Assembly (NCBI RefSeq): GCF_001194135.2
Contig: NC_069001.1
Location: forward strand, 9,060,177 to 9,092,726
Source: Octopus bimaculoides
Lineage: Eukaryota
Direction: 5' to 3'
DNA: 32,550 bases
Translations under genes and position numbers: made by a program
Shown here: positions 11,734 to 20,350 of the stretch, piece by piece
Position numbering within the stretch: position 1 is the stretch's first letter
How the letters are laid out: each line of letters opens with the position of its first letter
Notes under the pieces: model-generated
Database searches by the model: none
Told to the model about the DNA's origin: nothing
What the model saw: only the letters and a program-made list of their open reading frames with translations

Positions 11734-14167
11734 TAATAATAGGAAACCATTGATCATGTTGTCTCCATATGCAGTCTTCTTGCACCTACAGAGTATCTCA
11801 ACAGGTAGGAAGAAGGCTAGAGGAACGCATGATCTATTATACATAGACAAAGCAGTTCTAAATGAAGTAAAAGCGAGAAAGAAAAACCTAACAATAGCAT
11901 GGATAGATTATAGGAAAGCTTATGATATGATCCCACACTCATGTCCCGTTAATTGAGGTACACTTAGCCAGAAAATCCATCATCACTGCACTGTACTGGT
12001 CCCAAAAGACTGTGAACATCATCTTGCCTGCTGATGGTTGGACACGAGCCTTCTTTGGAGGTGGTGAGTTATCATGCTTCCATTGTTTCGACTGGACTTT
12101 AGTCTCAGGATCATAGTGACGGACCCATATTTCACCCTGTGTAGTAAGTCTATCGAAAATGTCCTCTTCGTTTTCTTGGCACACTGCCGAAAATGCCTGG
12201 GAGCAATTGACTCGTTCCTGCTTCTGAAATGGTGTGAGCATCTGGGGAATCCATCGTGCAGAAACTTCCGCATGTGCAAATGGAAGGAATGATTTTTTTT
12301 CCACGGATCCTATACTACTTTCACATCTTGGGCTAGTTGTCGAATAGTTATGCGGGGATCCTCCAAAATGGCGGCTTCCACTTTACAGATGGTGTCATCA
12401 TCAATGGCAGAATGTGGTCGTCCATGAATAGGAGTAGTTTCATTGACATCCGACCACATTTGAACTGGCGATGCCAGTGCTTGGTTATATATTATGTCAA
12501 CCGTAACGGCTACTCAAAAATACCATTGTATGTTTGTCTAGAAACAAAACCGTCCATAAATCTTATTTCAAATCTCAATGCACTTGTTATCTCACTGACG
12601 GCGGCGAAATAGTTGCTCAGCTACGATTCCTGTTCACATTCTGTGACACTCGAGTAAGCGTTGGAAAACGGCTTGGAGATTAATTATTTATTCTGGAGAA
12701 TTTCTTCTCCTGTCCGAAAAAGAGCAACTGACGCCGAAGTTAAAGATTCAAGATTTCTCTTGGTTGATTACCACATTCCGAGGATAATAACATTTCTGAA
12801 AAAATATTCAGTTACGAGATAAAACATACTTCTCTGATCTTAATACATTCCTTTTGTAATGTAAACAAATTGCAAATCTACTTATTTGATCTACTTATTT
12901 GATCTACTTATTTGATCTGGTAATTATTGTTCTTCCCTAATCACTCATGTTTCCATAGTAAAACGATACAATTCGAATTCAGAACAGACGTCACAGTTGA
13001 CCTCGTCTGCATCATCTGTCACGCAGTATTGTATATTTTTTTTTCTTTGTAGGTGGGAACGGTTAATGGTTTCATACATGGAGATTCTAAAATAATTCCT
13101 ATTCTTGGGCATTACAAATCTGTGGCAGAGTATAGCGTTATCTCTTAGTCTTTTGAGTGTCTTTTCCAGAGTTCACTTTGTTGCAAGCATTCAGACAAAG
13201 CGTCCTCTGTCTGAATACCCCATGTTGTTGTTCATTTCCTCTGTCCTCAGGGGATCTGGTAAAAGGTCAAGGGTAGAGCTGTAATTCTCTTCATTTGACT
13301 AAGCCCTTAAAGTATATTAATATTTTCAGTAAAATTTATAACATTTGATTGCAACGTGTTTCTGCTATGTGTTTTAAAGAGCTGAAACAGCTTCACACAT
13401 TCGCACTCATCTCATCTTTAGACAGCGAATTGGTTAAGTATTTATATCACCAGAAACAGCACTATGTAACATTTGCTTCGGCCATGTACGTTCAAACCAC
13501 ATCGATACCAAGTTTAACATTTACTCCTTCGAGGTGGATCAAGTACCAGTCAAGCATTACTGTCGATATCACCGCGTCTCATTCTCTCCGAATTGTGTAT
13601 CCATGAAAATCAGTGTATAACGTGTTGGTCACGATGATAGATAATATTCCTTTCTAATATAGGCACAAGGCCCGAAATTTTGGGGGAAGAAGATAGTCGA
13701 TTACATCAACCCCAAATGCTCTACTGGTACTTATTCTATCGATCCCGAAAGGATGAAAGGCAAAGTCGACTTCGGCGGAATTTGAACTAAAGACATAAAT
13801 ACAGACGAAAGGACGGCGTGCTAGCGATTCTGCCAGCTTGCTGTCTTACAATGATAGATAATATTGAGATCATATAGGATGGGCGTGATAAACTCAGTGT
13901 TACTTCCATACACACATATATGTATGAGTTCATGTCTGTATATATCTTTGTGTACGTTTAAGATCGACGAAGAGGGGCAACTACATAAAACTCTGTATTT
14001 TAAGTAGGATTGCTAGAAATAGCAGCCAAATTTTCCTCACATCATAGTTTATCAGCTTATGTATGCATATACATATGATCCAACACAGGATGAAGAAGAC
14101 TGAGTTACGTGGAGCTTTAAAACAGAGCAAAAGCACTCCTACATATATTTGTTCACATAATTTCTAC

Positions 14168-14231
<64 letters not shown>

Positions 14232-15344
14232 TATATACAAAATATTAACTACAAACATGGAACACTCACATACATTACTCTGAGTTTCCCATCAACCAGG
14301 GATATAAAGTTATCCAATTTCCAATCGATAATCAACGTATCACCGTCCATCAACTGGTGTTGTGTATGCATATATGTATGCGTGTATTCATGTAAGTTTG
14401 TGTGTGTATATGCATGTGTACATGTATACATATATATATATGCTCATACAGACACACATACAAATATATATATATATAAATGATAATAATAATATTAGGG
14501 ATAAAATCCAAAATTACAGGAAAAAACTCAATTAAAATCAGTTTATTAAAACTTTATTAAAATTTTCATCGATAAGTTCATGAACCTTGGTTCTTTTCCC
14601 TAAAACTATATATANNNNNNNNNNNNNNNNNNNNNNNNNNNNNNNNNNNNNNNNNNNNNNNNNNNNNNNNNNNNNNNNNNNNNNNNNNNNNNNNNNNNNN
14701 NNNNNNNNNNNNNNNNNNNNTATACATACATATATACATACATGCGTACATATGCCTACACACACGTGTATATATGCATATATACACATATACCTATATA
14801 TAGCACCAGTTAACAGATCCGAAGAACGGTATACATATGAAAACAGTTAAAATATGTTGATGGAAACTTAAGCTCCATGCCAGGGAAAGTGATTAGACAT
14901 AGAGAGACAAGTCACTACTTACTGAGCGCACAAATAATCAACTTCTTCTGCAAGCGATTCCCCTTTAGATTGTAAGGCCGTAAGTTTAACATCCTTCTTC
15001 CGTATGTCTGCTTTCAAGATGTCCATCTCAGCATGATACGAATTCTTGATTATGCCAATATTTAAGCAGTAGTTGCTTTTCCATAAGAGATCCCTAAAAT
15101 ATGTGTTCTCAGCCTCTAAGAAACGCACCCTTTCAATGTGACTGGCAAGTTTGTCATTCAAACCTCGTATTTCTTTCTTTTCGTTTTGGTTAGCATTTTT
15201 TATCTTAGAAACACTTTCATGGGAACATAATGTTCCTACCCCACTCTCCAAGACTATTGGAGTTTGAAGAGTGTTAATCCATGCAGGATGCTTCCTGACG
15301 CCTGAAAATTTTCTGACAGTCGACCGGTAAGGACTTTTTTCCAT
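1229..15344 (-). CDS. Gene B: complete 11-exon cytoplasmic intermediate filament protein with lamin-tail domain, 557 aa. Exons: 15344-14923, 11144-10958, 10439-10344, 9286-9122, 7865-7743, 6640-6420, 5415-5327, 4459-4350, 3960-3850, 2199-2089, 1267-1229
   Basis: All introns are GT..AG and phases chain consistently (2,0,0,0,0,2,1,0,0,0). Exon lengths sum to 1674 nt = 558 codons including TGA. Contains coil 1A motif LNDKLASHIERVRFLEAEN, coil 2 end LETEISTYRKLLDGDDDR and a lamin-tail domain (VSIIELDPDGKYIELKD..NWTL..IW). Confidence 0.9.
2089..2199 (-). CDS. Gene B exon 10 (lamin-tail domain part 3), 111 nt
   Basis: tttctag|IWGHKHGSVESGIVSSTVSEWSALSNPSTITLKDNNK|gtaaga; aligns with gene C exon 10. 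Confidence 0.9.
2506..2600. repeat. (CA)n then (TACA)n microsatellite
   Basis: Seen directly. Confidence 0.95.
2843..3567 (+). mobile_element. Non-autonomous Helentron/DINE-like element split by a 466-bp insertion
   Basis: 5' part 2843-2967, 3' part 3434-3567; internal (ACAA)n and 3' hairpin ctctgcc-tacgctaa-ggcggag, the architecture of DINE-1/HINE-type elements. Confidence 0.5.
2968..3433 (+). mobile_element. 5'-truncated non-LTR retrotransposon 3' end with 15-bp target-site duplication
   Basis: agtcacgagaccaaa at 2953-2967 and 3434-3448; open frame 2968-3123 ends in TAA; A-rich UTR; tail ...aaataaagaaatt. Confidence 0.65.
3850..3960 (-). CDS. Gene B exon 9 (lamin-tail domain part 2), 111 nt
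   Basis: atcatag|NATNVKNWTLNQTTENGESCTHTFTDSNVFSSSKFIK|gtaagt; aligns with gene C exon 9. Confidence 0.9.
4350..4459 (-). CDS. Gene B exon 8 (lamin-tail domain part 1), 110 nt
   Basis: tttgcag|AT FLLGRIRVERTTKGTVSIIELDPDGKYIELKDKSPK|gtaaga. Confidence 0.88.
4734..5085 (+). mobile_element. Two head-to-tail copies of a tRNA-derived SINE (family 1)
   Basis: Copies 4734-4941 and 4941-5085 share gttctgagttcaaattccgccgagg (B-box GTTCRANNC) and cctttcggggtcgataaa. Confidence 0.8.
5188..5262. repeat. (TG)n microsatellite
   Basis: Seen directly. Confidence 0.95.
5327..5415 (-). CDS. Gene B exon 7 (tail linker), 89 nt
   Basis: ccacag|G KNLDEVVTPVHEYQTHSENVQANALGNEL A|gtaggt; phase 2 in and phase 1 out, the same as gene C exon 7. 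Confidence 0.8.
6420..6640 (-). CDS. Gene B exon 6 (coil 2B and rod end), 221 nt
   Basis: ggaaag|ITILRNQMSSLEAELEMIQ...DLMDSKLTLETEISTYRKLLDGDDD(R) AG|gtaaac; 221 nt matches the classic IF rod-end exon length. Confidence 0.95.
6841..6900 (-). mobile_element. tRNA-like SINE head fragment
   Basis: Reverse complement gtggaggcgcatggcttagtggttagcgtgttggactcatgatcg has an A-box; no complete cloverleaf. Confidence 0.55.
7627..7688. repeat. (CT)n microsatellite
   Basis: Seen directly. Confidence 0.95.
7743..7865 (-). CDS. Gene B exon 5 (coil 2), 123 nt
   Basis: tttaacag|LKELRLSVITTYADTVDSSVRMHFRSENKESLETLSEYEGT|gtaaga; phase 0-0 and the best candidate found between exons 4 and 6; ends like gene C exon 5 (SEYEGT vs SAYETQ). 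Confidence 0.8.
7892..7952. repeat. (GAT)n microsatellite
   Basis: Seen directly. Confidence 0.95.
8010..8250 (+). mobile_element. Decayed RLE-type (R2/R4/Dong-like) LINE C-terminal fragment
   Basis: RLCRICNRVDETIAHIVNECPRLAQNHY..HD*VAKVLHWKL..: CCHC knuckle plus downstream HD/W motifs, with stop codons. Confidence 0.8.
8364..8790 (+). mobile_element. tRNA-derived SINE (family 2) with internal (TA)n
   Basis: Head gtaggagtggctgtgtggtaag...gggttcagtccc...ggcaccttgggcaag; the 3' half recurs inverted at ~27825-27990. Confidence 0.8.
9122..9286 (-). CDS. Gene B exon 4 (linker L12, coil 2 start), 165 nt
   Basis: ttgcag|EMKEYRSMLSKMKNQPSLCDIPKAELESIVSDLSEEYESQLQQITTNLENRYSAQ|gtaaga. Confidence 0.92.
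10344..10439 (-). CDS. Gene B exon 3 (end of coil 1B), 96 nt
   Basis: ttttttag|ELQDETTQRLIEAERVKSLENELAFRTDVHAV|gtaatg; clearly homologous to gene C exon 3. Not in the ORF track. Confidence 0.9.
10958..11144 (-). CDS. Gene B exon 2 (coil 1B including the lamin-type 42-residue extension), 187 nt
   Basis: Acceptor ttttgtttaacag|G, donor TCG|gtaaat; TNHLQDRNDKMGHAVNGLHDDVSRQISDTETFRKRANYLEKQLARSKEKYVQLANEIKPLTS. Confidence 0.82.
11156..11740. repeat. Cluster of three (TAA)n tracts (11156-11214, 11334-11377, ~11669-11740) around an N-gap
   Basis: Seen directly. Confidence 0.95.
11215..11333 (+). mobile_element. 119-nt non-repetitive unit embedded between two (TAA)n tracts; probable 3' end of a TAA-targeting retroelement
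   Basis: Flanked by (AAT)n at 11156-11214 and 11334-11377; RLE-LINE pieces follow the next (TAA)n tract. Confidence 0.45.
11743..11943 (+). mobile_element. RLE-type LINE fragments: zinc-knuckle piece (ETIDHVVSICSLLAPTEYLNR) then RT piece (KNLTIAWIDYRKAYDMIPHS)
   Basis: AWIDYxKAYDxxPHS is a typical RT motif of R4/Dong-like LINEs; the fragments abut (TAA)n. Confidence 0.85.
11945..12625 (-). mobile_element. Truncated mariner-family transposase remnant
   Basis: ARWIPQMLT (WVPHEL-like), WVRHYDPETKVQSKQW, PPPKKARVQPSAGKMMFTVFWD; first catalytic motif decayed (TQGEIW for TGDETW); frameshifts. Confidence 0.9.
12876..12918. repeat. 13-bp unit atctacttatttg x3
   Basis: Seen directly. Confidence 0.9.
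13651..13848 (-). mobile_element. SINE family 1 copy
   Basis: cccgaaaggatgaaaggcaaagtcgacttcggcggaatttgaact is the reverse complement of the 4734 core. Confidence 0.8.
14168..14226. repeat. (CA)n microsatellite
   Basis: Seen directly. Confidence 0.95.
14923..15344 (-). CDS. Gene B exon 1 (head, coil 1A, start of coil 1B), 422 nt
   Basis: MEKSPYRS...EKKEIRGLNDKLASHIERVRFLEAEN...DYLCA; donor CA|GTAAGT, phase 2. Confidence 0.92.
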
Positions 15345-15447
15345 TGTCGTTATAATATATATTATTGTTATTAAAACATCAATGTAAAATAGAAATTCGT
15401 ATATTGGAATTTATACTGAAGAGGCTTCTTGGATAAATAAATTTCTT

Positions 15448-15481
15448 AACTGACGTAACTGCTGTGTATCCGACTTTTATG
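15448..15481 (-). promoter_or_regulatory. Putative core promoter of gene B: TATA-like CATAAAAG (15481-15474) plus initiator TCAGTT (15453-15448), TSS ~15451
   Basis: The TATA variant starts 30 nt upstream of the Inr adenine; implied 5'UTR of 107 nt before the ATG at 15344. Confidence 0.55.
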
Positions 15482-15844
15482 CGTTGTCACTCCTAACAAA
15501 TAACAAAGATGATTTGCAGTGAGAGCTGTAAAAGAATGTGAGTGAAAATTGACTGATAGTTAAAATTGGTATGTATTTACATAGACAAAGACAGACAGGC
15601 AGACAGACAGAGAAAGAAAGAGAGATGGAGGGAAGAAAAGGAGAGACAAAGGAGGAGGGTAAGGAATAGTGATATGGCTTGTGTAAAAGAAACAAAGAAC
15701 GGATAAGACATTCTGAGATTTAGATAGAAAAGAAAAATATGTGGGATACTTATCTATATATTCAAATAAAAAATATATATTTCGGACATATTTATTTGCT
15801 CTTTTTTATCTAAATAATATTCTTCGAGCTTATATAGCTTTGGG

Positions 15845-15848
<4 letters not shown>

Positions 15849-15920
<72 letters not shown>
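15849..15920. repeat. (TG)n microsatellite ~400 nt upstream of the gene B TSS
   Basis: Seen directly. Confidence 0.95.
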
Positions 15921-15926
<6 letters not shown>

Positions 15927-16739
15927 AAGAGAACGAAGAAAACAAATCATGTAATATAAGAAATTTTTGTTTACGCTTCACTTATTAACTGCGTATCGAT
16001 TGTGTTGTATCCAATTACCCACCTACATTTGCACGTAGGTGGATATCGTTACCTTCAGACTAAAACATATTTAGAGCCAACAGAGGAAGGTTTTACAGTC
16101 TTGCATGATCTGCTAGAAACAGCAACAAAATCTCCCTTAAATCTCTCAATTCCCTACCTTAATTTATGACTGATAAGGTATTACGGATATTCAAGGATGG
16201 AAAGCTCTTATCAAAGGTCATTTTAGTCAGAGGTGACGTCGGCTAAACAGCAATTCAGTTAGAGTTAGTAACATAACTTCCACGTCGGTGCACAACATGT
16301 TAGAAACAGCAACCAGTTCTCTCTCAAATAACTCCCCTCGTGCAGGTCTCAAGAAAGGAAACGAAAAGAAGGTGGTCAAAGGGCTATCAACCTCTTACCA
16401 GAACCAGCGAGGAAAACACTCATGTGAAGAAAACTAAAATCGCCACAGAAACAGCTAGAAAAATTGTTGACAACACACGACAAAAGGAGTATGACATTAT
16501 CTCCAAGTAATAGGAATGAAGTAGAGCGGAGAGGTTGCCCAGCCCTTGGTGAAGAGTTCGATTCTGAGCGCCAAACCAAAAGCTTACATCACTACCTGGA
16601 ACGTTTAAGTCTGTACCAATGTGGACTATTGACTCAGCTTCTTCGTAAACTTGATGTTTACCGACTGAGTATTCTTGGTAGTAAGTGAAATGCGCTGGAT
16701 TAAAAGCAGGAAAGATATTTTTCAAACATGAGCCACCAT

Positions 16740-17480
16740 TTTACGAAAGACAAGAAACATTAGGTAGATTTATCCAAGATTGACTCTTCCAGAAAAATAA
16801 AAACAACTAGATAGTCATGACTTGAAAACAGTTTCTCACAGATCAACTCGGTCCACAATGACCTGGATCTTAACAGAAATACCAGCAGTAACCAGGGCAT
16901 ATTCGATAGCATGGCCTTCGACACACTATATCTGAATGAAAAACCTTTTCTATCTGTACACGAGCCCACATAATCTACGTGTGCGTTGCAGATTGTGTTA
17001 TAGTCTCTTAGCACAGCTAAGGAATGTGATGTACCAAGAAACTTCTCCAGGTTCCAAAAATACTCGCTTTGCCCAGTTGTCGTGGGTGCATAAATTACAA
17101 TCTGTCTGATAATCTTACCATGGATGAACGTCAAGTCCATGACGACCAGCCTACACTCTGGATCTGAAAAAATTAACTTTTTCCCAGAAACCCGGTTTCT
17201 TTTAAATAGGACCAACACCTCGCTTCCGCTAGAAGAACAGCCCGGGGAGACAAAAACTCTCGTAATCATCCAACAGTGGGAGCAGATCTCTTGGCCCCCT
17301 TAACAGGGTTTCTGTAGCAACAATAACATCCAAATTATGCGACTTTTTTGGCGACAAGGCCGGTGAGTTTTTTCCTTCACCTGTTACAAACACAGGCATA
17401 TCCAAAATTGATTTTGGTGAGTTGCTTGGTGACTCCATGATGTTGTTTATTCCAAAACACAATTTACGGATAAACGCCGA
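16740..17480 (-). mobile_element. Decayed L1/Tx1-like ORF2 apurinic-type endonuclease region
   Basis: LDVIVATET, VLVLFKR, DPECRLVVMD, IVIYAP, LRDYN (GDFN-like) in the expected order, with frameshifts. Confidence 0.8.
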
Positions 17481-17559
17481 ACACAGAAAAATTTGAGCTT
17501 ACGCCCCACAGAATTGGCTCAAAGCCGCACAGTTCAACAATAACAATAATTTGTTACCT

Positions 17560-18370
17560 ATCTTACTTCTGCAGCCGCTGTGTATGCTTTTCTTTAACTT
17601 CTTGGAAAGATTTGGTATCTCCTAATATGTTTGGACGAACATTTTGCCATTCTGACTCAACGTTTCTTTTATTTCGTATTGACTTCTCTTTCTCTTCAGG
17701 CTGTAACAATCTTGCATCTAGTTTCCTGGCTTCCAAGAGTGCCAAGAATTTATTCCAAACATCGCTGGTTCTTTCTTCTTCAAACAGCTTTCTTTTTTAT
17801 GTCCGACCTTCTCGCAGTACCAACAACTTTCATTTAATCTTCCTGTTTCACGTACTTGCCCCTTCCTTGCTTTGAATCCGGAACTGTAGTCCACCTGAAA
17901 TCTTCCCGTGCTAGACCTTACATATGACTCAAATTCCAGAGCTCTAGTCAATGCCTCTTGCATAGTATTCGGTTGTGTTTGTTTTATTTGAAGTTTGAGC
18001 TCCGCACTGCACAAGGAGTCGATAAATTTCTCTTTCAGAAGAAGAGCCAAAAGTTCCTGGACAAGCTGTTGTAGTGATTTCTCCTCTAGCTCTTACGCGG
18101 GTTCGAAATCGTACCCTGTACACTTCACCCAGGTACATAGTGCCATATCTTCTCTCTAACACTTCAGCTAGAGAATAACAGCTTCTGCCCTCCACAGACA
18201 ACTGGCTCAGTATCTCTAGTGCAGCGCCCTGTAGCCTTGTAATAAGCTGAACTGCTCTTTCCTCATGGTCTCATCAATTCTGGTCGGCCAATAGCTCAAA
18301 CTAGACATGGTTGGTCTCCCATGACACTTTGCTGTCAAATTATTGTGGTTGCTTCTTAATGGGGACTCTA
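17560..18370 (-). mobile_element. Ty3/gypsy-like gag remnant with CCHC zinc knuckle
   Basis: LAEVLERRYG..VYRVRFRTRVRARGE, EKFIDSL..LKLQIKQTQPNTMQEALTRALEFES, CWYCEKVGHKKESC (C-X2-C-X4-H-X4-C); frameshifted. Confidence 0.85.
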
Positions 18371-18410
18371 CCGCGTCCTTGCACTTTTTTGTACCAATTT
18401 TAACACCAAT

Positions 18411-19250
18411 TTTTTGGCTACTTAAAGCTGCATAACTTTTTCTATCTAATATCTTTCAACGAGGTCTTCACCAAAAGATTTTACTCATCAACTTCTTTTA
18501 AATAGTCATAAGTAAAATATAGTATTTTTTTTAAATGTTTGAGAAATTACAAGTGAAAGTAAATATTAGACGTTACTCCCAATATTTACCCCTACATTTT
18601 TTATTATAATATCTTTTTTACTGAACCAAATTTCGATTATTTTATATCAAAATGTAACTTACCATAGTGCAAGAAAACAAATTAAAATTGAGTAAAAATT
18701 AAATAACTGGTAAAGCGTTAAATTGGCCGGGCGTGAGTTCAAATTGGAAACAACAAATTATCACTTTTTTTTTTTATCACTTAAAGCTGCATAACTTTTT
18801 TCTATCCAATATCTTTTAAAGGAGGGTCTTCACCAAAAGACTGTATTCATCGAGTTGTTCTAAGCTGATATAATTAAAGTATAGCTTGCTTTCTAAATAT
18901 CAGAGATATTTGAGTCAAAATCAATTTTAGGTGTTACCAACATTTTGGCTACTTAAAGCTGCATAGCGTTTTTTCTATGTAATATCTCTTAAAGAGGTTT
19001 TCACCAAAAGATTCTACTAATCTAGCTCTTTTAAAAAGATATAAGTAACGTATAGTTTGCTTTTCAAATAACAGAAAAATTACAAGTCGAAGTAAATATC
19101 AGGCGTTACTTTCCCATTTTTGGCCCTACATTTTTTATCATAAATTTTTTTTTTCTACTGAACCGAATTTTGATTATTTTATGTTAAAACAGCTGGTTCA
19201 TCATAGTGCAAAAAAATCCGAATGAGGGCAGAGCTAAAACTGAATTAGTG
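18411..19250. repeat. Three degenerate direct repeats (starts ~18411, ~18778, ~18945)
   Basis: Each begins acttaaagctgcata.cttttt..tat..aatatct....gagg..ttcaccaaaaga; copies 1 and 3 also share ttactgaacc.aattt.gattatttt. Confidence 0.8.
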
Positions 19251-19359
19251 GGAAAAGGGCCAAATTGGGTGCGAGTGAGTAAAGGTTGACTTTACGTATA
19301 TTATTCACACACTGCCGTGTGAGAAAATTATATATATATAGATAGATGTGCATATATAT

Positions 19360-19390
<31 letters not shown>

Positions 19391-19413
19391 CATATACATA
19401 TACACACAATACT

Positions 19414-19630
19414 TAAGGTGGCGATTTGTCAGAGTCGTTAGCTCGTCGGTCAAAATACTTTGCAGCATTTCGTCCGTCCTTACGTTCTGAGTTCAAATTC
19501 CCTTGACGTCGATTTTGCCCTTCATCCTATAGGGTCCGATAAAATAAGTACGAGTTGGAAGTTGGGGTCGATGCAATCGACTTACCTCATCAAGGAAATT
19601 GCTGGCCTTGTGCCAAAACTTGAAACCAAT
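19414..19630 (+). mobile_element. SINE family 1 copy
   Basis: ttacgttctgagttcaaattcc...gataaaataagtac...ggggtcgatgcaatcgactta...ggccttgtgcc. Confidence 0.8.
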
Positions 19631-20056
19631 AGACACAATATTTAAATTGAAGCTACTATTAGTTTCATGCTGGGAAAACACAATGAACTGACAAGGTTAC
19701 ATAGTATGCCTTGTGCTTACAAGCAAACTTTCCAACAGGAATATACAACATGGCTGGACTTTGAAAAAACAAATGAGAAAGGACACAGGTCATTGAGAAA
19801 ACACGAGAAAATCCGAGAATGTGTTAAAATCATAAGTGGAATAAGAAGAAAAGTAAAAAGAGGAATGAGGAAAAAGGAAAGAAAAAGAAAACATAGAGTT
19901 GCGCCCCTTTGCATCTTCAAATCAGAATTATAAGTGCTTGGTCTAAATTAATTCCATGAGAAGAGGATCAAAGTCAGTGAGACTGCATGGCTAATCCGGA
20001 GAGGGTGGTGTCCTCTAGTTCATAAGAAAAATGTAATTTGAAATTAAAGATAACTA

Positions 20057-20290
20057 ACCACTAATCCGACATGTAGATAAGAAGAAAACCACAATGTTAA
20101 CACGACATACCTGAGATCAGAAGACCAACTGCATAGCACAGAGCTTCAAATGGAGCATCATGCAACGATCCACGCCATACATTAATGGATTAAGGAAATG
20201 CAGTCTTTGTGCAGCCGAAAGAACTCATATTCTTTTTAGATTTAAAAACCCCACGGGCATACTAAATTCCAGATTAGGTATTTACATTAA
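20057..20290 (+). mobile_element. Penelope-like element C-terminal fragment
   Basis: LIRHVDKKKTTMLTRHT*DQKTNCIAQSFKWSIMQRSTPYINGLRKCSLCAAERTHIL...LNSR matches the KWSI..Y..CxLCxxEK..LN.R pattern that follows PLE GIY-YIG domains. Confidence 0.7.
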
Positions 20291-20350
20291 TGAATACATA
20301 TTCTTTTGTGAAACTACAAGACAACACTCTCACTGGATCATGCACACAGG

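Noticed and set aside
1229-15344. Calling either gene a nuclear lamin
   Set aside because: Neither C-terminus has a CaaX box (..KLVFD*, ..IKMGM*), and no basic NLS lies between rod and tail (exon 7 of both genes).
16019-16042. Hairpin ccacctac-8nt-gtaggtgg upstream of gene B
   Set aside because: An isolated 8-bp stem can occur by chance and has no supporting element termini.
18411-19250. Regularly recurring repeats as a CRISPR-like array
   Set aside because: Eukaryotic context, long degenerate units, irregular spacing and no cas genes.
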